Below, one piece after another: positions 31,888-40,995 of a DNA stretch of 64,000 bases. The notes under the pieces were generated by a model. The model worked only from the letters and a program-made list of their open reading frames with translations, did no database searches and was not told the origin of the DNA. Numbering within the stretch: the stretch's first letter is position 1; each line of letters begins with the position of its first letter. The position numbers and the translations under genes were made by a program. The stretch lies in the NCBI GenBank assembly GCA_024408855.1, contig JAKSUQ010000008.1, positions 3,072-67,071 on the forward strand, written 5' to 3'. This DNA is from a bacterium (lineage in GTDB: Bacteria; Cyanobacteriota; Vampirovibrionia; Gastranaerophilales; Gastranaerophilaceae).

Positions 31888-32246
31888 ATTTTTAATCAAG
31901 TTTGATTTATATATTTTACAGATTTTGCAAAACTTTTATGTACTCAGTTAATATTGAAAGTCAGCTCTTGATTTGATGATTATTAATATTTGGTTTGAGA
32001 ATATTGTAAGTAATTTATAATAATCAGGTAATTTTGAGGTAAATGTAACGAATTGTAAAGACGAATTTTTAGGGATTAAAACAAGGCTGAAACCCTCGAA
32101 AATTTGCTATATGATATGAGGCAAGCTGTGTTTGTGTTAGGTAATTCTTAAGTTTCACATGTTTTATTTATTGTATAATATGGTTTAAAGTAGTGCGATA
32201 GGAGGAATTATTAAAATGAAGACGAATGGATTAAGCGCAACAATGT

Positions 32247-33200
32247 GTGGTTATTAATATAGAACAAGCCTCTGAATTATACCTTAATAACTATGCAAAA
32301 GTTTATTGCAAAAAATCAACTTGGAAAGGTTACGAGGGCTATTTGAAACATCACATATACGAATACTTAGGCGATTTAAAACTAATCGAAATGAGGCCAT
32401 TGCATGTACAAAATTTTATTAAAGATATGACTCAAACAGGTCTTGCTAATTCAACTATAAATCACTTAAAAAAGACTATTGGAGCTGTTTTTAATTTTAT
32501 GATTGATTCAGGTGTAATTTATCAAAATCCTGTTAATAGAATCAAATGTTTAAAAGTTAAAAATAATACTTTAATGCACCCACTAACAATTAAAGAAACC
32601 AACAAATTATTGAATGTTACTAAAAAGCATTACCCTGATTTTTATCCATTGCTATATATCGCAGTTAATACAGGCTTAAGACAGGGTGAATTGTTTGCTC
32701 TCACTTGGGATTGTGTTAATTTTGTTGAAAATTATATTGTTGTTAATAAAAGTTATACACATGGTGTCTTGGGCTCAACTAAAACAGGTGAAAACAGAAA
32801 CGTTAAAATATCTCTTATAGTTACAAAGTTTTTAAAAGAATGGAAAATGGCTTGTCCTAAAAGTGAGTTAAATCTTGTTTTTCCTAACGCAAACGGAAAT
32901 TATATGGACTCGCAAAATATGATGAAACGAAGATTTAAACCTGCTTTGGCTCTTGCCGGTATTGATAGTATAAGATTCCACGATTTAAGACATACTTATG
33001 CAAGCACACTTATTATTCAACAAGTGCCATTACCTTATATTTCAAAGCAATTAGGCCATTCAACAAACAAAGTTACACTTGATACTTATGTTCACTTAAT
33101 GCCGGAATCTGCTCAATTTGGTGATTCATTGCTTGAAAACTTGTATGAAGAAAAGGGCGCCGGACTAGAAGAATCAAATGTTAGAATGTTTGGCACATAA
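32247..33200 (+). pseudogene. N-terminally truncated tyrosine integrase (element B), paralog of 48531-49649
   Basis: Homology to the full integrase begins near ELYLNNYAK; about 63 N-terminal residues are missing; catalytic motifs TGLRQGE, FHDLRH, QLGHS, LDTY are intact. Confidence 0.8.
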
Positions 33201-33215
33201 ATATTTAGCCAATTA

Positions 33216-34355
33216 TCATTTGGAATTTTTATATATTAGTCCACAATTTTGTAACTCCAAAATCAAGTCTTTAACATCACTAATATCAGTTTTAGAGACG
33301 TCAAATGCAATTGCTAAAACATAGTTACTAGGTTTCTTAGAATCGAATTTATTAACATCAATGATACCAAAAGACAAGCCGTTTGTATAATCATATAAGT
33401 TAATACTATCTTTTTTGCATGAGAATTTGTCTTTATACTGTGTAAGTAGAGATGATATTTCAATATTACTTCTTAGGCTTGTATAATTATTATTGAAATA
33501 TAAATGTAACCACATATCATCTTTTCCAAAATCTGATACAGAAATTATTTCTTTTAATAATTCAAATGATTCAACAAAATTCAATGTTGACACTGTTATT
33601 GACATAAAATAATTATTAACACCAATGGTTTTGTCGTCTGGTTTTCGTTCATGTCCATGTATGTCAATTCTGATACCATTTACTAGGATTGTTTTTGAAA
33701 TCTCGCTCATTGAAAACCGAGGTTCATTAACAGAATAACTGATTTTCTTTGAATCTAAAAAATTCTTAATATCTGCGTAGTATTTTTCAATGTTGTATTT
33801 TTTTACCTCTCCAAAAATTTCATGTACTTCAGCATCGATTGTATAATTTGCGAAGGAAAACATATTATGAATATCAAAAACATTAGGTAACCCGAGCAAA
33901 TTTTTAATAAGGTCGTTATAATCTTCTTCAATAAAGCATTCTTCAAATTCTAAATTAAATTTGTCATTTATTGTTGAAATAAAGTTATTTAGACTGTCAT
34001 GAGAATTGATGTCAAATCCTTGGAGTAAATTTAATGGTGGTTTTAAATGTCCTATATTTATTCCTAGGCCAACAGGAATTACTTTGATTTTTTTTGCATA
34101 AGCGAAACCTGCTTCAAAATAAATCCAAGAAGAATTAATTGATGTAGGAGTAACAAAAACAAACATAATCTCCGCTTTGTCTAGTCCTTCTTCAATTTTA
34201 TGAACCCAATTTCTTCCTAAAGGAATACTTTGTCCATCACTTGACATAAATATATCAATAGATTTAGAAGTGATTTTTTCTATTTTATTCTTAATTGGGA
34301 TAATTACTTCTTTATCTTTACTTGAATGGCTAAAAAATATTGTAGGTTTACCCAT
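33216..34355 (-). CDS. TIR-domain protein (TIR_2-like) with an uncharacterised C-terminal domain
   Basis: MGKPTIFFSHSSKDKE, FMSSDG.SI..G..W, TPTSINSSWIYFEAG (catalytic Glu position), VIPVGL; SD AGGGAG before ATG 34355. Confidence 0.82.
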   Translation of the reverse strand: MGKPTIFFSHSSKDKEVIIPIKNKIEKITSKSIDIFMSSDGQSIPLGRNWVHKIEEGLDKAEIMFVFVTPTSINSSWIYFEAGFAYAKKIKVIPVGLGINIGHLKPPLNLLQGFDINSHDSLNNFISTINDKFNLEFEECFIEEDYNDLIKNLLGLPNVFDIHNMFSFANYTIDAEVHEIFGEVKKYNIEKYYADIKNFLDSKKISYSVNEPRFSMSEISKTILVNGIRIDIHGHERKPDDKTIGVNNYFMSITVSTLNFVESFELLKEIISVSDFGKDDMWLHLYFNNNYTSLRSNIEISSLLTQYKDKFSCKKDSINLYDYTNGLSFGIIDVNKFDSKKPSNYVLAIAFDVSKTDISDVKDLILELQNCGLIYKNSK

Positions 34356-34411
34356 TAACACATACTCCCTAGTTGGCATAACAATATTATTATAGTGCAT
34401 ATTAAAAAGAT

Positions 34412-34437
34412 TTTTGCAACTTTTTTGCAACTTTTTG
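34412..34437. repeat. 26-bp tandem TTGCAAC repeat, identical to 50435-50460
   Basis: TTTTGCAACTTTTTTGCAACTTTTTG at both loci; the first TTGCAAC is 77 bp from the att core in both. Confidence 0.85.
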
Positions 34438-34455
34438 AAAAAAAGGCACAAAAAA

Positions 34456-34497
34456 TACGCCTGCCGCGATTCGAACGCGGGACCCTCTGCTTAGAAG
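34456..34497 (-). other. att junction: 3' half of tRNA-Arg(UCU) starting at the anticodon loop
   Basis: Minus strand CTTCTAA GCAGA GGGTC CCGCG TTCGAAT CGCGG CAGGCGTA; identity with the tRNA starts exactly at CTTCTAA. Confidence 0.9.
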
Positions 34498-34847
34498 AAG
34501 CTGAAAGCCCATTTATCAGTAGTTTTCAGGGTTTATTAGAATTTATCACAATTGATTACAGTGCAAACATTTGAGGCTGATTTTATTCTCAATTTTAAGC
34601 ACAATTTGTTGGAGCTTATCAGAACTTTTGCAACCAATTTGCAACCTTCCCCCTTTATATATGTCCACTCAACGCCACTTTTAAGGGGCGGGGAGGGGAC
34701 AAAAACATAAAACAGCCCCTCTCAATCTGAGCCACAAAAAAATTCCGTAAATTTTGAAGAATTAAAAGTTTGCAAACCTTTGCTACAAAGTGGTGTACAT
34801 AGGATTCTTACTCGATATAATTCATTTATAAATTGAGAGGTTTAAAA

Positions 34848-35033
34848 ATGGAACGAAAAATTATACACAATAGAATCAAATGTAAAAATTGCGGGGATAT
34901 AATAGAATCAATAAGTACACACGATTTTAAATTTTGTTCTTGTGGTAAAGTTGCAATAGACGGAGGTAAATCATACCTAAAACGAACAGGTAATCCAAAC
35001 GATTGGGAAGAATTAAGCAAATTTGAAAACTAA
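34848..35033 (+). CDS. Small Zn-ribbon protein (resembles DUF7695-type phage/MGE proteins)
   Basis: NRIKCKNCGDIIES..HDFKFCSCGKVAIDGG..YLKR; SD GAGG. Confidence 0.7.
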   Translation: MERKIIHNRIKCKNCGDIIESISTHDFKFCSCGKVAIDGGKSYLKRTGNPNDWEELSKFEN

Positions 35034-35614
35034 TATATTTTTATAACATTACTTGCAAGATGAGGTTTTAAATTTTCAATAAAGTTGGGAACTCTTGCAG
35101 CAAACATTTCTATTAATTCTTCTTTTTCTATTGGTGGATTAATTAATGATTTTTGCATTTCAATAAATGAATCATATACTTTATCTTTTGATAGGTAAAA
35201 AAGATTAATTAAAAAATCGTCAGGCGATTGAGCTTCTATATTGTATTCAAACAAAACTTCATTTGGAAAATCTTTTATATTGTTAGTAACAATAACTTGT
35301 GCATTACTTGAAATTGCAGCAGCTAATACGTGTCTATCTTTTTCATTGATACGTGGTTCATCTATTTTGGGTAATGTGGAATAATCATCAATAATAGCTT
35401 CCGGAAATGCTCCATTAAGGACTTTAATAAGTTTATCCACTTTTTCAATGGCAATCCTTTGAGATAAGTTACGTCTTAATTCTTCGCAAATCACTTTACT
35501 CCAAACTGGTTGATACAATTCTTTTTCAGCTAATCTTAATAAAATATCTCTCAATAAGGCATCATATAAAATACAAGTATCAATAACTACGGTAAAATTT
35601 CCTAATTTAATCAT
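35030..35614 (-). CDS. PIN-domain (PIN_3/VapC-like) protein
   Basis: VVIDTCILY, WS..I.EEL, KDRHVLAAA, IVTNNIKDF acidic PIN motifs. Confidence 0.85.
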   Translation of the reverse strand: MIKLGNFTVVIDTCILYDALLRDILLRLAEKELYQPVWSKVICEELRRNLSQRIAIEKVDKLIKVLNGAFPEAIIDDYSTLPKIDEPRINEKDRHVLAAAISSNAQVIVTNNIKDFPNEVLFEYNIEAQSPDDFLINLFYLSKDKVYDSFIEMQKSLINPPIEKEELIEMFAARVPNFIENLKPHLASNVIKIY

Positions 35615-36056
35615 ATAGCCCCAATTCTTGAGATAATTTAGACATTTCCTCTATATTTGCACGTCTATTTTCTGCTCTTTTGTCTCGATACTCAATTAAA
35701 TCTTGCATTAAAACTTTTCTATGAGTACCTGTTTTTCTGAATTTAATTGTACCATTTTCTAATAATTTTATAAAATAAGGTCTTGATACATTTAAAATAT
35801 CAGCAGCCTGTTGTGTTGTTAATTCTTTGTCCATAGGAATTAATGTTACAGAATCCCCATTATTTAATGTTTTAACAACTTCTGTTAATGCAACATAAAT
35901 AATCGAAGGAACTTCTATTTCTTGTCCATTAACAACGAGAGCAATTTTGCCAACACCAGATAAATTGTCAACCAAATTTGAAAGTTCCTTTTTTTCATTA
36001 TCAGAACTTGGTGGTTGAAATATATAACTACTTGCAAGATTTTGTCTACTGATCAT
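35607..36056 (-). CDS. Excisionase-family HTH (HTH_17) protein, putative antitoxin/regulator of the PIN gene
   Basis: LTTQQAADILNVSRPYFIKLLENGTIKFRKTGTHRKV; 8-nt overlap with the PIN gene. Confidence 0.82.
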   Translation of the reverse strand: MISRQNLASSYIFQPPSSDNEKKELSNLVDNLSGVGKIALVVNGQEIEVPSIIYVALTEVVKTLNNGDSVTLIPMDKELTTQQAADILNVSRPYFIKLLENGTIKFRKTGTHRKVLMQDLIEYRDKRAENRRANIEEMSKLSQELGLYD

Positions 36057-36229
36057 AGTACCTCACTTTCATTTATATTATAACACATAAACGAAATAAA
36101 TGCAATATTCGAAATAAACGAAATAAACAAAAATTTACATTACTAACAATCGCAAACATTTTTTAGCTACTTGCTTATCCTAAGTTTCTTTCTCGATAAA
36201 ATTATTTTTATGCAATTTAAGGAGGAAGA

Positions 36230-36445
36230 ATGGTTGAAGTTAAGGATGAAGAACAAGAAGAAAAATTGCGAGAGGCTGGACACCTTTTATTAGAGATTAA
36301 GTGCTTGGCAAGATTAGGAGCATTAGCTTCAGACTCTTGTATTATTGATGATGAACTACAAATGCAAGATAATCTTGAATATTATTTTGCCTTACGACAA
36401 GTTGTAAAGTTAGTTATTCAAATCGAATATTTACTCTTTGATTAG
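36230..36445 (+). CDS. Hypothetical protein, 71 aa
   Basis: Strong SD AAGGAGG; acidic helical sequence. Confidence 0.55.
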   Translation: MVEVKDEEQEEKLREAGHLLLEIKCLARLGALASDSCIIDDELQMQDNLEYYFALRQVVKLVIQIEYLLFD

Positions 36446-36454
36446 AAATCTACC

Positions 36455-37576
36455 TTATGAATTAGTTGTAAAAGTTAATTCTTCTTGTGGTATTAGGATT
36501 CCACGTTTTGGATCGTGCTGATATGTAAACATTACTTTTTCCATAACCTCTTCTTCGCCAATAATATCATTAATTTTGTTCATCAATCTTTCTTGTGTTT
36601 CTTCATTATGATAATAAATATTTATTTTAGAATTCGAATTTATAAGAAGAATGTGTTTTAAAATATTTTCATCTGTATTATCAAGTGAATGTCCAATTAC
36701 GTGAAATACTGGCATCGATTTAGATTTTTTAATTCTTCGCAATAAATCTTGATATGGCTCTATGGTTCCATATTTATGTCTTTGGTTATGTTTTTTAAAT
36801 ACATTAAAATCCATAGGCATAGTATAGGGTGGTAATTTATCAAAGCTTTGTGTACCTAATATTAAATTACATTCATTATTATTGTTTTCAACTTTTCCAT
36901 GTACATAAACAGGTTTTATATTTATATCACAATATCCACTAAACTTTGCTTTATAAAATCTTTCACAAGTATCAGTATAATTAAAATTAAGAATATGTAC
37001 ATCCTTGCTACCTTCTGTTACGCCTATTGATTTCAATGAAAGTTTATATTTAGACTCAGACTCAATATGATTTAATACCTCATTTATCAAATAATTTTCA
37101 AATAATTTAGTAAATTCTCTTAATTGGTCATATAAAAAATTAACCACCCCTCTTGGCGTTTTAAAATATAATTTAAGTTGTATTTCGTTATAAGGATCGC
37201 ATTTTAAATATCCTTTTTCTGCTGAAGTAGAACCCATAGGTTCAATAAGATATTTTGTAAAATTATAAAAATTAAAAATCCCATCATCATAATTCATATT
37301 GAATATTCTCTGATAATTCGATGAATTTATTATAGGAAGTTGAGAGATATGTTGAATAACTTTGAATATTTCTTTTTCTAAGTCTATCCAAGTATCCCCC
37401 ATTTTTTGTTGAACATTTATAAAATGTCTTATCCATAAATTATTATAATATTTATCAGTAGGTTTATAAGTCGGGAATTTATGAAATTGATTACAGCAAT
37501 AATTTAAAAAATCACTATACTTGGTCTTTAATCCATGTGCTAAATCAAATCCATTACCTAAAATCAAAATATTCAT
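36455..37576 (-). CDS. AbiH family abortive-infection protein
   Basis: Signature MNILILGNGFDLAHGLKTKYSDF, LNFNYT, YVHG, GHSL..TD motifs. Confidence 0.85.
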   Translation of the reverse strand: MNILILGNGFDLAHGLKTKYSDFLNYCCNQFHKFPTYKPTDKYYNNLWIRHFINVQQKMGDTWIDLEKEIFKVIQHISQLPIINSSNYQRIFNMNYDDGIFNFYNFTKYLIEPMGSTSAEKGYLKCDPYNEIQLKLYFKTPRGVVNFLYDQLREFTKLFENYLINEVLNHIESESKYKLSLKSIGVTEGSKDVHILNFNYTDTCERFYKAKFSGYCDINIKPVYVHGKVENNNNECNLILGTQSFDKLPPYTMPMDFNVFKKHNQRHKYGTIEPYQDLLRRIKKSKSMPVFHVIGHSLDNTDENILKHILLINSNSKINIYYHNEETQERLMNKINDIIGEEEVMEKVMFTYQHDPKRGILIPQEELTFTTNS

Positions 37577-37580
37577 ATTA

Positions 37581-39359
37581 TTACCTTATATACGGCGTCT
37601 TAAAACCGAGATTTTTTAGACGGATGTTCATTGCCAGTGGATTTACATCAAAATGTTTTGCACATTCTTTTATAAATTTTTCGTCTAAAAATTCTTTGTC
37701 TGTCTTATTTTCATCTTGCACATACTGTAAAACATATTCTTCCGGCATGAGAATTTCAGCAGCTAAACTATCTGCTTCATATTCCATCAACTTTGAGCCA
37801 GATTCTTCGGATTTTCTGCCAAGTGTTCCATTTTTTAATTCTTTTTTGTGTTTCAGAATATGACCAATTTCGTGTGCAATAGTAAAGTTATCTCTCGGAT
37901 CTTTTACTGCAATCTCGTATAAGTCTTTTTCTTTGTTATACGAAACAGCACCTTTTTTTTGTTCATTATCTTTGTATACTAAAATCCCATTTTCTCTTGC
38001 AAATTGATCAATATTCATCTTGCCATGGGTTTGCCAAAACTCTAAAGATTTTTCAATAATTTTATCTTCAGATAAATCATCCTCATCAGAAACCATAACT
38101 GTGATTTGGCCATTCATAAGCATTGGTAGCAAAAAATCTCTTAAATTTGCAAGTGATAAATTTTCTTGCTTACACAAAATCATTTGTTTATAGATATCTT
38201 TAACTTTTTCAGTGTATTTATTTATTAGTTCTGTGGGCGGTATTACAATCTTGCTTTGTTCAAGATGGTCGGTTGTAATATGTCCCATCGTTGTTTTCCT
38301 AGCTTCTGCAATTCTTACAAAGTTATTGACATAAGCCGAAAGTTGCTGATAAACATATTCTTTTGTATACGACTCTTTAGGTACAACTTTAAATATATGT
38401 TGATTTAAACCGGCATCCACCCCTGTCCATAACATCACTTCTAGAGTAGCAGACCAAGAAAAGAGGATATCTCCAGCATAAATTTTATTTTTGTCAGGAA
38501 TATTTTTTCTTACAAACTCTGTTTCTTCTGTTATACCATTATGCATTTCTCCGATTTTAACAACAGGCATATATTCTTCATTTTCTTTTGGACGGTATTT
38601 TTGACAGGCTAAACCATTAAAAAAATCTGCAATTCTATACAAATTATCAATTTCCCAATCAATAGGTATTTCTTTTTTTAAAACTTCATTGTAAATCATC
38701 GTTCCGCCATTGGATTTATATGGCTTTCCATGAATATTAGGAAAATCAAATTGAACAAACCAATAATCATATATAGTTTTTGTAATATTTTCTAATATAC
38801 AATAGATGTTATTATTTGTATTTATTTTTTCATCTATTGTATATAAAATATTTGCAATATTTTTTTGAGTTGATATATCCGGATATTCAATTGATAAATC
38901 TTGTTGATCAAGGATTCCAATATAGGCTCTTGTAGATCCGCAGCCTGCATATTTTTTTATTCTTTTTTGGAACGTTGGAGAATCAAAATAATATTTTAAA
39001 TACACATTATTGAGGACATTTGGATCTTTTATCCGATAATATGTTACTTGTGGAGTAAGCATTATATAATCATCTTTTATATTGCTAACAATCGCAGTTC
39101 TTCCAATTGTTGCTTTATGAGTTAATAAAACATCTCCTTCTATCGCAAAGCCTTTTGGTAATGTTAAAGATTGTTCTTTGGTAATATATTTGCAAGTTTT
39201 ATAATTTATCAAACCATTATTAATATCAGAAGCCATAATAAACGGGATTCCCGATGTTACATAATCACTAGCTTTTGGGTGATATTCCCCATGATTACCA
39301 TCAATAGGTTGAAATAAAATATTCTCATCTATTAATTCAGAAATTGTTTTATTGTTCAT
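37581..39359 (-). CDS. hsdS: Type I RM specificity subunit fused to a C-terminal ImmA/IrrE-type metallopeptidase
   Basis: Two TRDs with central conserved region YDYWFVQFDFP...GKPYKSNGG...EIPIDW and the usual HsdS end LRDFLLPMLMNGQITV; then 171 extra aa with FTIAHEIGH and EYEADSLAAEILMP. Confidence 0.85.
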   Translation of the reverse strand: MNNKTISELIDENILFQPIDGNHGEYHPKASDYVTSGIPFIMASDINNGLINYKTCKYITKEQSLTLPKGFAIEGDVLLTHKATIGRTAIVSNIKDDYIMLTPQVTYYRIKDPNVLNNVYLKYYFDSPTFQKRIKKYAGCGSTRAYIGILDQQDLSIEYPDISTQKNIANILYTIDEKINTNNNIYCILENITKTIYDYWFVQFDFPNIHGKPYKSNGGTMIYNEVLKKEIPIDWEIDNLYRIADFFNGLACQKYRPKENEEYMPVVKIGEMHNGITEETEFVRKNIPDKNKIYAGDILFSWSATLEVMLWTGVDAGLNQHIFKVVPKESYTKEYVYQQLSAYVNNFVRIAEARKTTMGHITTDHLEQSKIVIPPTELINKYTEKVKDIYKQMILCKQENLSLANLRDFLLPMLMNGQITVMVSDEDDLSEDKIIEKSLEFWQTHGKMNIDQFARENGILVYKDNEQKKGAVSYNKEKDLYEIAVKDPRDNFTIAHEIGHILKHKKELKNGTLGRKSEESGSKLMEYEADSLAAEILMPEEYVLQYVQDENKTDKEFLDEKFIKECAKHFDVNPLAMNIRLKNLGFKTPYIR

Positions 39360-40995
39360 AACAAATTAGCTCCATTTGTTTTTGAATTTTTTGTTCTAAT
39401 GTATGAGAATTACTGTACAATTTTGTAAGATTTTCATTATATTCATCTATTTTACTTTTAAATTGTTCTTGGGTAAGGTCAATATATTCAGTTTTTATTT
39501 CAAAATATTGACCTGCAGAAAATGAATAATTCTTTTTTTCTATTTCATGAAAAGAAACATGAGTTGAAAAATCTTCTATTTCTTCTTTATTCTGAAAAAC
39601 TCTAATAATTTTATTTTCTTCTTCCACTGATAGAATAGTCTTTTGTTTATCGTCTTCTTTTATTGTAGTTCCTAAATTTGAAGCATCTACCAATAAGACT
39701 TTTTCAGAATTACATACTTTGTCGATAAATAAAACAGAAACATTAGTTCCAGTATTAGCAAAAATATTCGAAGGCATAGAGACTACACCCTTTAACCATT
39801 TTTCATCTATTAGTTTTTTTCTTATATTATATGCTATCTTATTGCTTCTTTTAGACGCTGCTAAAAAACCAGTTGGAACAACAACAGCTGCTTTTCCTTC
39901 TGTACTCAAAGAATATAAAATGTGCTGCAAAAAACATAAATATATTGCCATATCATCTAAATCTTTTGGAGGTATTTTAGGAATTCCTCCAAAAAATCTT
40001 TCTGTACTATTTGTTTGTGTTGTTAATTCATTTCTATATTCTGAAAAATCAAGTTTAAAAGGAGGATTAGAAACAATATAATCGAATTTCTTTAATTGAT
40101 TATTTTCCTTATGTTCAGGGTTAGTTAGAGTATTCCCTTTAATAATATTAGCAATAGAACTCACTAAATTATTTAAAATCAAATTTAACCTTAGCATTGT
40201 TGATGATTTTTGTGATATATCTTGAGAATAAATTGCACATTTATCTTCACCTATCGCGTGAGCTAAACTCATTAGTAAAGATCCGGTTCCAGCAGATGGA
40301 TCATAGCAAGTTACATTTCTAACATCATCATCCCCGACAAGAATCTTAGCCATAATTTCGGCAACACTATGAGGGGTATAGTACTCCGCATATTTTCCGC
40401 CGCCGTCTTTATTATAATCTTTGATTAAGTATTCAAAAATTGTTGCAAAAAAATCAAATTTTTGAGTAAACATTTTTTCAAAACTAAAATCAACAACGGC
40501 GTTTATTAATGATCTTGCGAAATTATCGCGCTCAGAAACATCAGTTATATAATTACTAATGGTTTCAAATAGTTGAATTTTTTCACCTTTAGCCGTTTTT
40601 ACAGCAAAAATATCATTATTTTTAACTGCAATATCAATCAAAGTATCGTCTAAAAGTTTTGCAAATTCAGGATTGTTTTGATTATTAAACAAGTGCGAAA
40701 TATAATGTTCCCTTTGTAATTGTGCAGAACTTTCATTTATTCGATACAATAATTTTTTGTATTCTTCATCAGAATATTTTTTAATTTCATCTTCCCATTT
40801 TTCTGCATTTCGGAGTCTTGGTTCAAGCTCCTTTATCTCATAAGCGAATTTATCATTTAAAAATTTATATAAAAATATTTGTACTATAATCTTATATTCG
40901 TTACCATCATTGCCTAAACCATAAATTCCACATATTGATTTTAATTTATCAACTAGAGCTTTAGTTTGTTCCACAAAAAACTGCATATCAGTCAT
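39349..40995 (-). CDS. hsdM: Type I RM N6-adenine methyltransferase
   Basis: AEYYTPHSVA, YDPSAGTGSLL (motif I), VSNPPF (motif IV). Confidence 0.92.
   Translation of the reverse strand: MTDMQFFVEQTKALVDKLKSICGIYGLGNDGNEYKIIVQIFLYKFLNDKFAYEIKELEPRLRNAEKWEDEIKKYSDEEYKKLLYRINESSAQLQREHYISHLFNNQNNPEFAKLLDDTLIDIAVKNNDIFAVKTAKGEKIQLFETISNYITDVSERDNFARSLINAVVDFSFEKMFTQKFDFFATIFEYLIKDYNKDGGGKYAEYYTPHSVAEIMAKILVGDDDVRNVTCYDPSAGTGSLLMSLAHAIGEDKCAIYSQDISQKSSTMLRLNLILNNLVSSIANIIKGNTLTNPEHKENNQLKKFDYIVSNPPFKLDFSEYRNELTTQTNSTERFFGGIPKIPPKDLDDMAIYLCFLQHILYSLSTEGKAAVVVPTGFLAASKRSNKIAYNIRKKLIDEKWLKGVVSMPSNIFANTGTNVSVLFIDKVCNSEKVLLVDASNLGTTIKEDDKQKTILSVEEENKIIRVFQNKEEIEDFSTHVSFHEIEKKNYSFSAGQYFEIKTEYIDLTQEQFKSKIDEYNENLTKLYSNSHTLEQKIQKQMELICYEQ

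Larger units (their letters stand above)
32272..34497. mobile_element. Remnant integrative element B (integrase + TIR cargo + tRNA-Arg 3' half)
   Basis: Same layout as the right end of element A: int(+), convergent cargo gene(-), 26-bp TTGCAAC repeat, tRNA 3' half. No left att found. Confidence 0.75.

Noticed and set aside
34356-34451. Track start of the TIR ORF (and 50382-50471 for GIY-YIG)
   Set aside because: The extensions run through the att-arm repeats and promoter. SD-supported ATGs lie at 34355 and 50381.
37581-39359. Phase-variable hsdS shufflon
   Set aside because: There is only one hsdS, with no silent TRD cassettes, flanking inverted repeats or invertase seen.
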